Shown in pieces: positions 1-11,812 of a stretch of 64,000 bases of DNA; position 1 is the first letter of the stretch, and each line of letters starts with the position of its first letter. Origin of the DNA: Curvularia clavata (Eukaryota); NCBI GenBank assembly GCA_023920165.1, contig CP089275.1, forward strand, positions 2,108,001 through 2,172,000, read 5' to 3'. Under the pieces are notes generated by a model. That model searched no databases. It was not told the origin of the DNA and saw only the letters and a program-made list of their open reading frames with translations. A program made the position numbers and the translations under genes.

Positions 1-1850
1 CGACGACATTTATATACCACATGTTGGCTTCACGTCCATTTATCCACACATTTGTACGTAGTCTTCCCTGAGAGGTTAGAGTAGGTGCAAACAATACTTT
101 CCTTCCTTGCATTCCCGTCTTCTCCCCTTCCCTTCCCTTGTTCCTCCTTTCCTTTCCCCCGTCCTTCCCCAGTCCTATACAAATTCATCTCCCCCTTTCC
201 GTTTCTGCGTGTCCCCAAAATCCCTCATCCCTCGCTCCTAGTTCCCCCTCTCTATCTTCTGCCCATACATCTTCCCCCTCTTAGCGGCCCCAAACTCAAA
301 CTCCCCCTCCGCGCAACACACCTCACGCACGCTTGTCCGCCTCTCTGTCTTGTCTTCTTGATCCGCTGCGGACATAGCGTGGGATTCATGCCATGCGTTG
401 CAGCGTGCTTACAGCGGATGTATTTTGTAGAGAGAACGTGGGCACATGGATGCGCGTGCGGAGAGGAGCAGGTGAATTGGTGGATGTAGCACATTTTTTG
501 TTGCGTTTGGATTTGGTGATGTGGTTTGACTTGGGAATCTTAGTGTGGATGTGGTATGAGATGGGTGAATGGGATATTTGGCTTAGCAGGGGAAGGGGGG
601 ATCGGTGGTGGTGTGAAATATATATGGCTTTGGTGGAGAGCTGTGTCCGGTGAGGAATTTTGAATGTTTGCTTAATAGTGATTGTTAGATTGGTGTTCTT
701 TCTTCTTTTCCTTTATGAGTGAGAAACAGCTTGAAACCTTCTTTTTGTTCGCTGCTTGATGTATCTTAGATTACTAGCATGTTTTGGTTTTCTTGATTGA
801 GGTGTCTAAGTTCACCTACGCAGATGATATTTTGCTACTGGATATTAATGCTAGGTTCAAAGACACGATGTCTATTGCAAACAACTAGTTCGTGCAAAAC
901 CAAGAGTTACTCTTTCGACTGGAATTCCAGTTAAATCATTCGAGGATTTTTATTCAAGTATTTTAGCATATCAGTCCGATACATGCGCAAAAATACCCAG
1001 TTTTCTACCGATACACGCTTAAACCGATAGATATCGATAAACCAGAACACGTTAACTATGTATGTTCGCACTTGGTAATCGGCAGATGACACGTGCTGAC
1101 TACTGTATTTGTAAATTCAACTGAATCTTTACAGAATCAGCTGTCAAGTATCTTTCTACATTTATTGACGAACTGGTCACAGGTTACGCATGTTTACGTG
1201 CCGCTAAGTCTGCTTGACAATAAGAAACAGGGTGCATAACCACACCGCGGGGTATAGTTTGAATCACCGATGATCAGCGTCTATAAGGATATCCAATAAC
1301 TAAATATCCCAGTCTGTGTTAAACTTGCTGCATTTGCTACGTTTGAAATTGGCTTCGTTGAGGCTTCGGCCACGACAAGGAGGCCTTCGGTCAAAGCTGA
1401 CCAAAAGTAAGCACCTGCAACTGGTGTGGTGACAACCACAGGTGATCAATTATACTAACGCGAATTTTAAGTGCGATGTCATTTGAAACTCTATTGTCCT
1501 CGCTCTTGACCAGCTCGAGTGCCTGAGGATCTGCGTAAGTCATGGTCAAACACATAGTGCCGTGCAAGGAAAGGCCAACCCATTTTACACAAGGCCAAGT
1601 GCTAAACGAGCATTTTTGTTTTTCTGTCCACTATGACAGCTACAAGAGGCTGTTGAATCTAGTCAATGCAGTGTAATCTTGGTCAGAAGTTGATAGACTT
1701 GGGTTAGAATGCATTGAGTAGCGACTGTCAGAATATTATAGTTGTGGATTTTTTCTTTTATATATAAACTGGTATGGAATAAGATTACAATGCTAGTGAC
1801 ATGCTAATAATACAAAACAACATACATTTGACATTACTTATACAAAATGA

Positions 1851-2744
1851 CTATGCAACAATGCTCTTTGGTCCCGCAGCCAGTCCAACCCATTCTCCCA
1901 GTCCGTGATCTGCAGTCGCCCAGTAGTCACGCGTCTTCTTGTACATGGCCAAGCGCTCGTTTAGACTCGGGATAGCCATGATCTCTCGGAAAGGTACCGG
2001 CCGTTGCTCTGCAGGTATATTATCAAATTCAATCGCGGTACCCGAGTCTGATCGCTTGGATTTGGCGCGAGATTCAGATGTGTGTGCGTTTGGGCCTGTC
2101 ATATTGCGTTCAATTGGGAAGATGGAGTACTCATTGACCAGAGGTTTTCTTTGAAATGAGGTTGTTGCGTTGGTTGGATCGAGATTCGTAGTAGTTGAGT
2201 AGACGGACGAGGTGGTGGTAAGACGGGCCAGGGCTTTCTTGTCGTGAGGTGTGCAGGTTACTTCTTGCAGTTGGCTGGACGCATGCTGTATTTTATCTGT
2301 GCGTTTTCTTGATGCTGATGCAGAATCATCTGAATCACTTTCGAAGCCGACCTGCTGCCCTAGTCGTGTCGCACTTGGCTGCGTCTTCGGAGCAGTAGCA
2401 CTGCTTTCGGGTGTTTCTGCTTGATTCTTCACTTGACTTTCCATCATATGCCTGTCTTCACTTCCGCGGCGCGACCTTGAATGGGGAGAAAAAGACTTCT
2501 GTCTCAACCTGGAGAAACTGTCTTTCCAAGATACGCCTGAGCGTCGTGGATTAGTGTCTGAACGCCCACGCGTTTCTGCCTTTTTAGCGGCATCTGCACT
2601 AGGTGGAGACTGCTCATCCGAATTGACTTCAGTATTGTTGAAGTAGTTATCGATGCTCGAGGCACCACTACCCTGAACATTGACGCCGCCAACATGCCTT
2701 GCATCCATTGGCTGCGAGATTACAATCGCTTTTGACCTGGGCAT
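1851..2744 (-). CDS. Hypothetical protein (297 aa), S/R-rich and mostly disordered, with a short ordered C-terminal motif
   Basis: Uninterrupted ATG-started ORF with Kozak-like context (AAAGCCATG). The C-terminus PFREIMAIPSLNERLAMYKKTRDYWATADHGLGEWV looks like a conserved helical motif. No family recognised. Confidence 0.65.
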   Translation of the reverse strand: MPRSKAIVISQPMDARHVGGVNVQGSGASSIDNYFNNTEVNSDEQSPPSADAAKKAETRGRSDTNPRRSGVSWKDSFSRLRQKSFSPHSRSRRGSEDRHMMESQVKNQAETPESSATAPKTQPSATRLGQQVGFESDSDDSASASRKRTDKIQHASSQLQEVTCTPHDKKALARLTTTSSVYSTTTNLDPTNATTSFQRKPLVNEYSIFPIERNMTGPNAHTSESRAKSKRSDSGTAIEFDNIPAEQRPVPFREIMAIPSLNERLAMYKKTRDYWATADHGLGEWVGLAAGPKSIVA

Positions 2745-4287
2745 GGCTTTGATGTATTATCCGATTGGGAGTGGTTAAAAAGTGATAGTCCGAAGATTGT
2801 CTGATCGGTTTTCGTTGTCCGACTGGAAGCGGATCGTTTCGAGTGTATGTGGGCCTTGTACGGGTATATGCCGCGGAACGGAGGATGGAACAGTGTAGAT
2901 TTGGTGATGCGAGTGCGGAGAGCAGGACAATAATCGTGTGATTTTGAATTAAGCGATGGAACAGTGCGTATGATCTGCAGTAAGTGTAGTAATGCCTTGA
3001 GAATGTGTACTAGGTGCTGGGTCAACCAACAGCGAAAAAGTAATCAAGCAATATGTTCAGAAAGACCAGAACAGGACATGGGCCCTGCGAACGACACGTC
3101 TTAATTACGCAATGACGCAGCCACAATAGCTGACCGACGTTCTGACACTCTAAACGTGGCTGGTTTTCAGAACGGGTTCGTCTAATGCAGAATTGGGTGA
3201 CCTGAGACACACAACGTCTGTGAACGACGGGTGTACCTGCGGATAATATCGAACCTGTCTCAGTGCGCAACCAAGGAAGAGAATAACCGTAGTTTCGAAC
3301 ATTATGACGAGCATGTTCCTGATTGCTGAGGGTGTTCTAGTAAAGTCGTTTGTCTTCGTATGCTCCTGAATCCGAATCGGAACCTTGGGTCTCCGTATGA
3401 CAAAGCATCTCATCCACCCCTCTCAAAACGATGGAAGGGTCTAATGAATAACAATAATTCATGTCATAACCCGTCATAGTGTCTATTCTTGCGAGACGAC
3501 AGAGCGATCATACACACCGCGTGTCTTAGGATCGAGGCGTGTCGGTAAACCGTAGATCAGCGTTTGGCTTACGCCACAAGGTATCAAGACACCTGCTCCT
3601 GCAAAATTTCCCGCAAGGCCTCAAAGATCTGGACGTATCAACAGCTCTCTTTTGAGCCTACTCCGTGGGTGTCAAGCTCGCTTTTGGTCGCTACACGGGC
3701 CCGGAAAGATCCTTGACGAATATCGAAGAGCACAGCAGTTGCTTAAGGGTTATTGTTTGTAGTCTTACTTTGGATTTTGATGTCATGCACGACATGTTAT
3801 CCATACCTTGAATCATGTGTAGTAGATCGTCCTGGTGGTGTCCTCATCCTCTGCAGGGCGCGCGCCTCCTGCAGGCGAGAGCACGCTTCGTCAGGCTGAA
3901 GCGTACTCGCGACGCAGAGAAAAAGACAGTCTCTCTACGCGCGATCCCACTGTATGCATTCAACACCATCTCCGGGCAGCAAGGCTGTTAATAGGTGTGA
4001 TGAAGCAAGCCACGTCTCCAAACATCGCGCTCGTCTCATCCCTGTTATCCACCCCTTGGCAGGACCTGGCCAATGACAAGCATTCACGACTATGCTTCCG
4101 TTTCCTATGAGGTTAGCGGCCCATCACCACCATCGCAAGGCTCCACAGCAACAGCACTTTGTGGTACTCAGACCCTCATCTAGGGGCGACTATCATGCGT
4201 TCGTGCCTCTATGCACAGGCGGCTCTCGCAACGGAGGAGGCTTGCTTGACAGGTGCCAGAGAGGGTACCCCACAGTATGATAGGCTG

Positions 4288-4295
4288 TATATAAA
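4288..4295 (+). promoter_or_regulatory. TATA box of the secreted-protein gene at 4496
   Basis: TATATAAA about 200 nt upstream of the ATG, followed by a CT-rich leader. Confidence 0.55.
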
Positions 4296-4495
4296 TCGCT
4301 AAGCTTTGCGCTGTCTAGGCAGTATCAACTCATACGAGTCTTTCGCTCATAGTCTTTCATAGTATCCACTCTTTCAACTTCTTTCAATCGTTCCTGGAGA
4401 ATCGATAGGCCGGTCCACTTTCGCTATACATCTCACTTTAGACCTTTTTTTACTCTGACGATTTTGAACAAGAAAAGACAACTCTTGTATTCACC

Positions 4496-5742
4496 ATGAA
4501 GAACTCTTTCATCGCTCTTGCCCTTGTTGGTGCTGTGGCTGCCCGCCCGACTTCGTTTATGACGAAGCGCGAGGTTCCTCAGGAACACTCTCATCGCAAT
4601 GTCAACCTTGCCGTCAACAAACTGTTGCAGCAGAACAATCCCGACAACGTCCAGGATCCTCTTTTTGCTCTCCTCGGAGCAAAGGCTGCTGCAGAAGGTG
4701 CTGGAAAGATCACTGACACTGGTAAGTTATTCCATGCTACATACTAGCACAGTGAAGCTGATTAGTTCTAGACTGCCTTCAACAAGCTGTTGCTGATCAG
4801 GCCTTCACCAATGCCAAGGAGGCCGGTGATGTGCAGGGTATGACTATGGCACTCATTTACCGTACCTTGGAGCGTAATACCGGCTCTGTCGGTCTTGCTT
4901 CAGCTCCCTGTAAATCTCTCAAGGCAGTCAACCCTGAGATTGCGGCACTCCAACAGCACCAGGACCCTGCCAGTGATGGCGCTCAGGCACTCAACAAGCA
5001 AATTGCTGAGGAGCTTGCACGTCAGATTGCTTCCATTGGCGGTGACCCATCAATGGCGAACGAAGCGTCTACCTTCGCCCCAGGCAAGATTGGTGACCCC
5101 ACTGCCGCCGGTAACACATGTGATGACGCCAATGACGACAATGGATGTATCAACACTCTAGGTCTTCGTGTTGATGATCTAACCGCGGACGAGATTGCGG
5201 CTGCCGTCGCTGGAACTAACGGAACTGGTGCCGCCGGCGGTAACAATAACAACAAGAACAACGGCAAGAACAACGGCAACAAAAACAACAACAGCAACAA
5301 CAATAACAGCAACCAGAATGCTGCTACTGGAAACGAAGCTGTCTCATGCAATGCAGGTGCTGCCACTGGAACTGGAGCTGCCACTGGAAACGGAGCTGCC
5401 ACTGGAAACGGAGCTGCCACTGGAAACGGAGCTGCTACTGGCAATGGGGCTGCTACTGGCAATGGGGCTGCAGACTTTGGCAACTGTGATCCTACAATTA
5501 AGTTTGGCCTCCCCTCTGATGGTCGCAAAGAGGAAGCTTTCGAGCCTACCGATCTGAAGACCTTCAACCACGGCTCAGCACAGAAGATTGGAATCATCTC
5601 TGATTTCATCTGCTCGCAGCTGCCCAACAAGTGCGACGCGAACGCGGCAGCTGCCACTGCCTGCAAAGCTGCCGCGTCTGCTGCTAATGGGCTGACAGGC
5701 CAGGCGGCTGCCACTGCTTTCAACTCTGCACTTGGTTTCTAG
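4496..5742 (+). CDS. Secreted or cell-surface protein with signal peptide, Kex2 site, poly-Asn linker, GAATGN repeats and a Cys-containing C-terminal domain
   Basis: Exons 4496-4721 and 4772-5742. Intron 4722-4771 (GTAAGT...GCTGAT...TAG) joins ...KITDT-D-CLQQAVADQAF. The N-terminus MKNSFIALALVGAVAA is a signal peptide, followed by MTKR|EVPQEHSH. Confidence 0.85.
5241..5313 (+). repeat. AAC-rich coding microsatellite (poly-Asn)
   Basis: Imperfect (AAC)n run encoding NNNNKNNGKNNGNKNNNSNNNNSN. Confidence 0.85.
5356..5472 (+). repeat. 18-bp coding minisatellite, about 6.5 units (GAATGN)
   Basis: GGAGCTGCCACTGGAAAC-type units in tandem: three identical central units and diverged outer ones. Confidence 0.9.
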
Positions 5743-7048
5743 ATGAAGACCTTGTAAGCAGACGGAGGACATGGAATAACGAATGAGATACCACAACCGG
5801 CTATGGTGAATCCTTTATAGCACTAGATGTAGCAACGCGTATGACGAATCGAATATATCTTCGGTAGTAGCACGGTTTTGGTCAGTCGAGTGATTTAGTA
5901 TCATGTGAAATGACTTGGCGTCTGCGCGACATGGCAAGATGATTGTGTCGAGGTTCGGACGCCCATATCCAATGGATCCGTGTCAGAGATGAAATGAGAT
6001 TGTATGCGTCGATGTGACAGAGCGCTTGGGATCATGCAACCCCCGCACTTTGACTATCGAAGCCATGGTGGAGTTGTAACAACACACGTGGTACTTTTCT
6101 AATAGGCGCTGATTCGGGCCTCGTGCTGCATTTAGCTCGGCTTTAGACGCTTGCGAAAGTTAGCATGGCCATGAAAAGAGAAAAAAGGCAGCCAATGAAG
6201 CATTGAGGGGAGAAGACGTAGAAGAGCACATGTCCAGATTAGGCGAGACACGTGCGCTTCGGGGTATTGGAGTGTGATAGGGTGCAGCGAGCCAGACCGC
6301 TTTTGCAGCCAAGCGCGGGATGCAAAGAAAAAAAACGGTTGGGAACTCCAATCTGACCTGCAGGCGGCCCAAAAAGGGGTCTCGCTTGCCAACGTCGACA
6401 TTGATGAAGCTGGAGGCCGATCGGGACTCAGCTGTGAGGTCCGTTCAGTTCAGCTCAGCCCATGTCGATGGCGACGTGATGTTGGAAGCACAGCGCGTGC
6501 CCCAGAAAAGCAGTAGCACAGGCACTGGACAAAAACGACCAGATTAGACGACGAGTCATGAGCATTTACATTGTTGATGTGTGCCGTCCGCAACGCCCCA
6601 CAGTGGAGCACAGCCTCCAGACAGACAGCGAATTGGGGTACTCGAGTCCAGCTTGCGAATGCATCTGTGCGGTGCAGTGCTGGCACGTTGTCTGTTGTCG
6701 CCAACGCAGGCCAGCTGGCGTGGAGCAGAAGGGCAGCGGGGGCGCAAAGGCAGAGAAAAAGGCCGGCCGAGAGGAGCGAAATTAGTGTTATGCAGTCAAG
6801 AGAGTGGCAGCGTGTTGGCAGCGGGAGAGCAGAGGGAAAAGTCGTGACAGGTCTTGGTGCTTGCAGAAAAATATAGGCTGTATGCAGGGGCCGTCGAAAA
6901 AGAGGGCCAACAGTGCGGCAGGCACGCACGGACCGCAAATCGCCATATCAGGTTTAGCCCTCGCATGGAGCGCGTTGGAGCGCGTCAGTTTCGCTATGTG
7001 CCCATCAACAGCAGCCGTCCGTGGCCGCACAAGGCGACAGCAAGACGT

Positions 7049-7088
7049 GCAGTGCAGTGCAGCATAGCACAGCACAGCACAGCGCAGA
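7049..7088. repeat. Imperfect 5-bp microsatellite (GCAGT/GCACA)
   Basis: gcagtgcagtgcagcatagcacagcacagcacagcgcag. Confidence 0.6.
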
Positions 7089-8029
7089 CAGGCCGCATCC
7101 AAGACGCTCACGACCGTTGCAGCTGTATCTTGGTAGCGGCGTAGCTGGCTTGTCGATGGGCGCGTTCCGAGAGCTTCTATCGACGATCTTGGCCTTAGCC
7201 CGTGCGCCCTGTCTTGCACTAGCGGGCAACAGCCGTCCACGGGTCACCCGACTTGAATTTGCGACCCCCAACCATCACCTTCACACTTCACGACCTGACG
7301 ATAATTTCGAGCCCATCTCGACACGCCGCACGCTCGTCGGCCCCGAGACCAGGCGCCTGCTTGACGACTGTTTCCTTGCCTCTTCTCCTACGCCCGTCTT
7401 TCGTTTTGCGCGCCCCCATGGACGCCCAGTAGAGCGCCCACTTCGCCTCCGCCCACGGAATCCGGACCTCTCACCGCGACCCGCGACTCACGACTCTTGC
7501 ACGCATCGCCAAAAACCACCCCTTTTCGCCAATCCACGCGTCTCCCATCTCCTGTTGAGGTCTTTGCGCTTCTTTTGCTTTTGTTGATCGCGTCCATCGC
7601 GATTGCACGCCATTAATCCCTCGCGACAGCCAGCTACGCGCCTTTGCACCAACATCTTGTCGCGCATTCTCCTGCCGGGCAAGCTCTCCTTGACTGCAAC
7701 AACATCAGTGCCCAGCGCATCCAAAATCGCGCCTCGCTGCGACAGTTGAACGCCTCGTTATTGAAGCTGCAGCCATCCTGATAGCACGTGTAACCGTCCT
7801 GCAGCCGCACTGTCGCGTTTGCAGAATCCCAAACACCTGTTCGAGCCGAGCCGAGCCAAACAACCAGCGAACCCATCTCATCATCGTGGGAACCCGTCTT
7901 GCCATTGCATGCATTGATCACTCGTCGCGCGTGCCCTGTCTCAATCACCTGGAGCACCTCGTCACGGCCAAAGTCGACGACGTTTCAATACACCTGGCTC
8001 GTCTCCTATTGCCGTGATACGTTAGCAAC

Positions 8030-9886
8030 ATGGACTCCGAACGCTCCGTCTCCACCACCTTACCCAGGAACTTCATGTTCCACTACCGCGACGGCCCAGC
8101 TCCACGAACCCCAGAGCCAGAGCCACAACCGGAGCAACTGCAGCCACCACCGCCTCCTCGGCAAGTTCTCAAGGTCCGTCGCCGTCGTGCCACGATGGTA
8201 ATGAACCCTGATGAGATGGATGCAATCATGGATCAACGACCGATCCCAACTATCGAGGCACCCGAAATCGTATCCGAAGCCCCGAGTGAGCTGCCATCCT
8301 ACCCTCTAGCTCACGACGACGCCTTCCTGTCTCCGGGCTTTAGCTACACTCGCATGATCTCTCCACCAAAGACCCCTGCTCACCAAGTGCGAACCATCAG
8401 CCATTACGAAGGACCCCAGGATTGGTCTGACGTGCCGCATGTCAGCCAGAGCGAGACGTCGAGCAGACCTACCTCGTCTTCTGGCTTCTCGGACTCGTCT
8501 CTTTCGTCTTGCGATAGCATTGGATCTTTCATGTCCAGAAGCGGCAGCTGCACAAGCCTAGAGGACGAATCATCCGACCCATTCTCCTTCTGCCCCCCAC
8601 TGCCTCAGATTCAACGCCCCACGTCGCCATTAATGGACCAACAGCAGACACATTCCGCCAAGAAGCTCAAACTCCGTGCCAACTTTACCGAAGAGATGGA
8701 CTACCACCTGTGGATGACCTACATGAATTACTTGCAAGACCCTACCGTGACGCCTTTCAAAGCTCTCCCAAGCACCACGCCACCGAACGGTGTATGCCAC
8801 CGCGTGGCAAGGATGGCTCGCAAGACTTGGAAGGGCCCTAAGCAGGCTCGCGCTGGCGGGCTCCGTGTACAGGGTACTCCGAATCCTGCCAAGACTAACA
8901 GTAGCAAGTCTTTTATGAGATACCCTTCTGAGAAGCAATGTCGGAAGCGTCTGCGGGACTTGGCCAAACAGAAACCTACCTTGTCTGCACACTACCAGCG
9001 TCTTCTCCACCGATCGCCCTCACCACTTCAGTCCTCTCCGCCACCAGAGGAGCCCCCGTCACAGGCATCGTCTTCTTCCGTGCCACAACAGCCTTTGTCT
9101 TCGCCCTTCTCGCAGGGATCGACGACCTTCTCAACTCGCGACATGAACCTCTCGCTAGCCACCAGCACTGCTACGACGATGCAGCTGGGCAACCCACTGT
9201 CACAACTTACCAAGGATATCACACCACGGCCGGCAGCAAGGACGTGGTCAAGCGCACGCTCTTCAGCCCACCAGAAATCTCAGTCGCTTCATATTGGGCT
9301 AGGCCTTGGGTTGGGCAATGCACTTGGCTCTCCCTTCCATGCAAAGGTTGAGGCTAACAAGGCCAGCATGAGCCAGACCGGTGCACGAACCTGGCATGCA
9401 CCATCAACTTCTCAGCCACCACGTCTCGGCTCTCCTTTCCAGTTGCATGCACCGCGACCAAAATCTAAGGTGTTCAAGCGACGTGCCCTTCACAACAGCT
9501 TCGAGGGAAGGGTGAGGAACCGAGGCGAGAGCTTTGTGAACGAGATCTTTGGGGCCCCAGCTGAATCAAGCCGCCGTGGTGTTAGGAACCGTGGCTTCAG
9601 CCTGGGTGACATGACCGAAGGTGCACGCCGCCTACCCCTGGCCAACGATCCTATGGGCTTCAACCCATTTGCAGACTCGCGTTCTGCCCTGCCGAGCCCG
9701 CATTCACCCGCCGTAGCACCTGATGTACGGGACCAGATGACTGCTCGATTGGGCTCACCGTTTGTTAGCCGGTCGAACAACATGTTTGCTCGCCCGACCT
9801 TGGCGCACAGCTTCGAGCCTCCAGCTTCGTTTGAGCAACGATTCGCTGCTGCTTCTAGTGATGCTGTACATGTACAGCGCTCCTAG
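8030..9886 (+). CDS. Hypothetical protein (618 aa), S/P-rich, with a central folded region and repeated L(G/S)SPF motifs
   Basis: Long single-exon ATG ORF. Central ordered segment FTEEMDYHLWMTYMNYLQDPTVTPFK...CHRVARMARKTW...CRKRLRDLAK. Long CT-rich upstream leader. Confidence 0.8.
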   Translation: MDSERSVSTTLPRNFMFHYRDGPAPRTPEPEPQPEQLQPPPPPRQVLKVRRRRATMVMNPDEMDAIMDQRPIPTIEAPEIVSEAPSELPSYPLAHDDAFLSPGFSYTRMISPPKTPAHQVRTISHYEGPQDWSDVPHVSQSETSSRPTSSSGFSDSSLSSCDSIGSFMSRSGSCTSLEDESSDPFSFCPPLPQIQRPTSPLMDQQQTHSAKKLKLRANFTEEMDYHLWMTYMNYLQDPTVTPFKALPSTTPPNGVCHRVARMARKTWKGPKQARAGGLRVQGTPNPAKTNSSKSFMRYPSEKQCRKRLRDLAKQKPTLSAHYQRLLHRSPSPLQSSPPPEEPPSQASSSSVPQQPLSSPFSQGSTTFSTRDMNLSLATSTATTMQLGNPLSQLTKDITPRPAARTWSSARSSAHQKSQSLHIGLGLGLGNALGSPFHAKVEANKASMSQTGARTWHAPSTSQPPRLGSPFQLHAPRPKSKVFKRRALHNSFEGRVRNRGESFVNEIFGAPAESSRRGVRNRGFSLGDMTEGARRLPLANDPMGFNPFADSRSALPSPHSPAVAPDVRDQMTARLGSPFVSRSNNMFARPTLAHSFEPPASFEQRFAAASSDAVHVQRS

Positions 9887-11760
9887 GGTTCAAAGAGGAT
9901 CTCTTTCAGTTAGTGACTGCGTTTGAGCAAAGCAACTGCATCACCGGCGTTACGACCGGCAGCCCCAAATGCTGTGGGCTGCATATACTTGCCATTTTGT
10001 TCAGGGCTCTGAACCTGCTTCTTTTCAAAAAGCATTTCCTATGTTTCGCTTATACCACCTCCTACACTCTTCCCCCACCGACATTGTACTGTTGGCGGCG
10101 GTGTTCCTGGTTGCACTTACCAGGCTTACGACTCGACTATGATCATGCGGCTGAATGTATCTTCGATTCACTTCCGTAATGCGAGGGAGGGACGTCGAGA
10201 GGCCATGGCGGTTTGGAACGTCAACCTCCATGATGACCCGGATGATCCTAACCCTCTTTGGGCAACGAGACAGGCTGCTGACATACCGACAACAACCTTG
10301 CTCTGCCCTTGCTATCTCTTTTGTATACTCAGTCATCTTGTCTTTGACTGTAGCCTCCACTCTTTTTGGCCGACTCCATGATACGGCTCTTTATTTCCTT
10401 GTGTTTGTGTGGGTTTGTTTTTTTCAATCTTGTCACGACGGTCATGATGAAGCTTATGATGAATCGACGGGATATGGGCGTGAAGAGGCATCGAGTCTTC
10501 ACGGACCTCTATGACTGTCTTGAAGCGTGAAGGACCAATACCTAAACTCTTTTTCTTTGAGCAGACTCTGCTTCGGTGCGGAGGATGGGATCGGCTTGAC
10601 GGGTGATGCGGGCTAGGACGAGGATGGAGATGAAGAAGCGTCTACCTGCAAGCTTTGATAGATTAGCTGGTCCCGAACGATGCGTGTGTCTGATGCAGAC
10701 GAGCTTGTAATAATGATTAGACGAATGAATGGAATGCAATGAAATAATGGAATGGAGTTGAACGAGTGGATCGAGAAGAGAGAAAAAATGCGTGAGAGGA
10801 GAAGTGGTGAGTGACCAATGCGTTCCACATAAGCCCCTCTCGATGCAGCAGCGAGCTCCGCAATGCCGTGCCGTCAGTAGTTCCGTAACGTGCGTTGCTG
10901 AGCCAGCGGGCGTCATCATCGATGTCTGCGCCGGGGCGGAAAAAAAGCTCAGGCCCATGATCCATGACCCAAGCCATGCATGCAACTTATTGCCTTAGCT
11001 ACGGCGCCGGCAAAGGATCCTCCATCACACTAGGTTTGATCCTCTTTTTCTTACTCACCGGGGCAACCATTATAGCCCTCGAAACGAAGAAACCCCCTCA
11101 GCTGTGCAGTCAGCCGGGCGGACGTGGCATGGTATTATCGACGCAATATATTCCAGGCCGACCTGCACGGCTAAGAAAAACGTCATTCGTGTGCTGAGAC
11201 AGACAGCGAGATAACGGTGTGTAATGTGAAAGAAGAAGAAAAAAAATAAGGCATGCATCATCCCAAAGGAGGTATAGATGCAAGACATGCAGGAAAAGGA
11301 CTCATGCCAAACCCGCCGATAAAACAGCTGAAGCTGGCCCTTGTGTTTCTCTTTCGCCGGGCAGATGATGGGATGCAGCGCGCTAGTAGGGCTATTACGG
11401 CCGAGCGAGGCCTAACGTTTTTTCGTTGCTTGGGCGCGCATGCGTGTGCGGGAAGCGGGTGTGGGTAGCTGAGCCGGCTAGATGGGAAAGAAAGAGCGAG
11501 ACATGTCCTGTGGTTTCAATTGTTCGAGATGGACTGCAGTGGAGGAGAGGAAAACCAATAATTTTGATATTGATGATTTATAGAGCAGAGACGAAGCTGA
11601 AAGTCCAGTGGCACACTTATGGTTGAGCGGACAGTAATGGTTTTTTAATCAATCGTCTCTCACTCAGCCTGCAGTCACCCACACGCCCGTTTGGGTGTCG
11701 TGTCAGTGTCGTGTGTATCGTGGCTGAGAGTCATGTTCTTTGTCTCTGTAGGCGAGCGAC

Positions 11761-11812
11761 ACGCGAAAAGTTCGCGTCATGTGGATACGCGAACGCGTGG
11801 GACGCGTCGCGA
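11761..11812. promoter_or_regulatory. Cluster of six CGCG-core (MCB/SCB-like) elements
   Basis: ACGCGAAAA, TTCGCGT, ACGCGA, ACGCGT, ACGCGT and TCGCGA within 52 bp. Confidence 0.45.

Noticed and set aside
30..653. Short ORFs at the window start
   Set aside because: Products simply mirror low-complexity CT-rich or G-rich DNA and have no protein-like features.
970..1050. Recurring CCGATA motifs in AT-rich intergenic DNA
   Set aside because: Too short and irregular; no terminal repeats or defined unit.
5356..5472. Tandem repeats as a CRISPR-like array
   Set aside because: No spacers, in-frame coding repeat, eukaryotic context.
6132..7957. Many overlapping 60-190 aa ORFs
   Set aside because: GC-rich upstream region with few stops. 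Arg/Cys/Ala-rich translations in all frames, mostly non-ATG starts and no motifs.
10441..10510. Two ATGATGA motifs and a small hairpin on the + strand
   Set aside because: No downstream CTGA D box; probably 3'-UTR or intergenic sequence.
10874..10919. C box (ATGATGA) and D box (CTGA) on the minus strand with a possible rRNA-complementary stretch
   Set aside because: Only 46 nt box to box, no terminal stem, and the match to large-subunit rRNA (from memory) has a mismatch. Needs snoscan.
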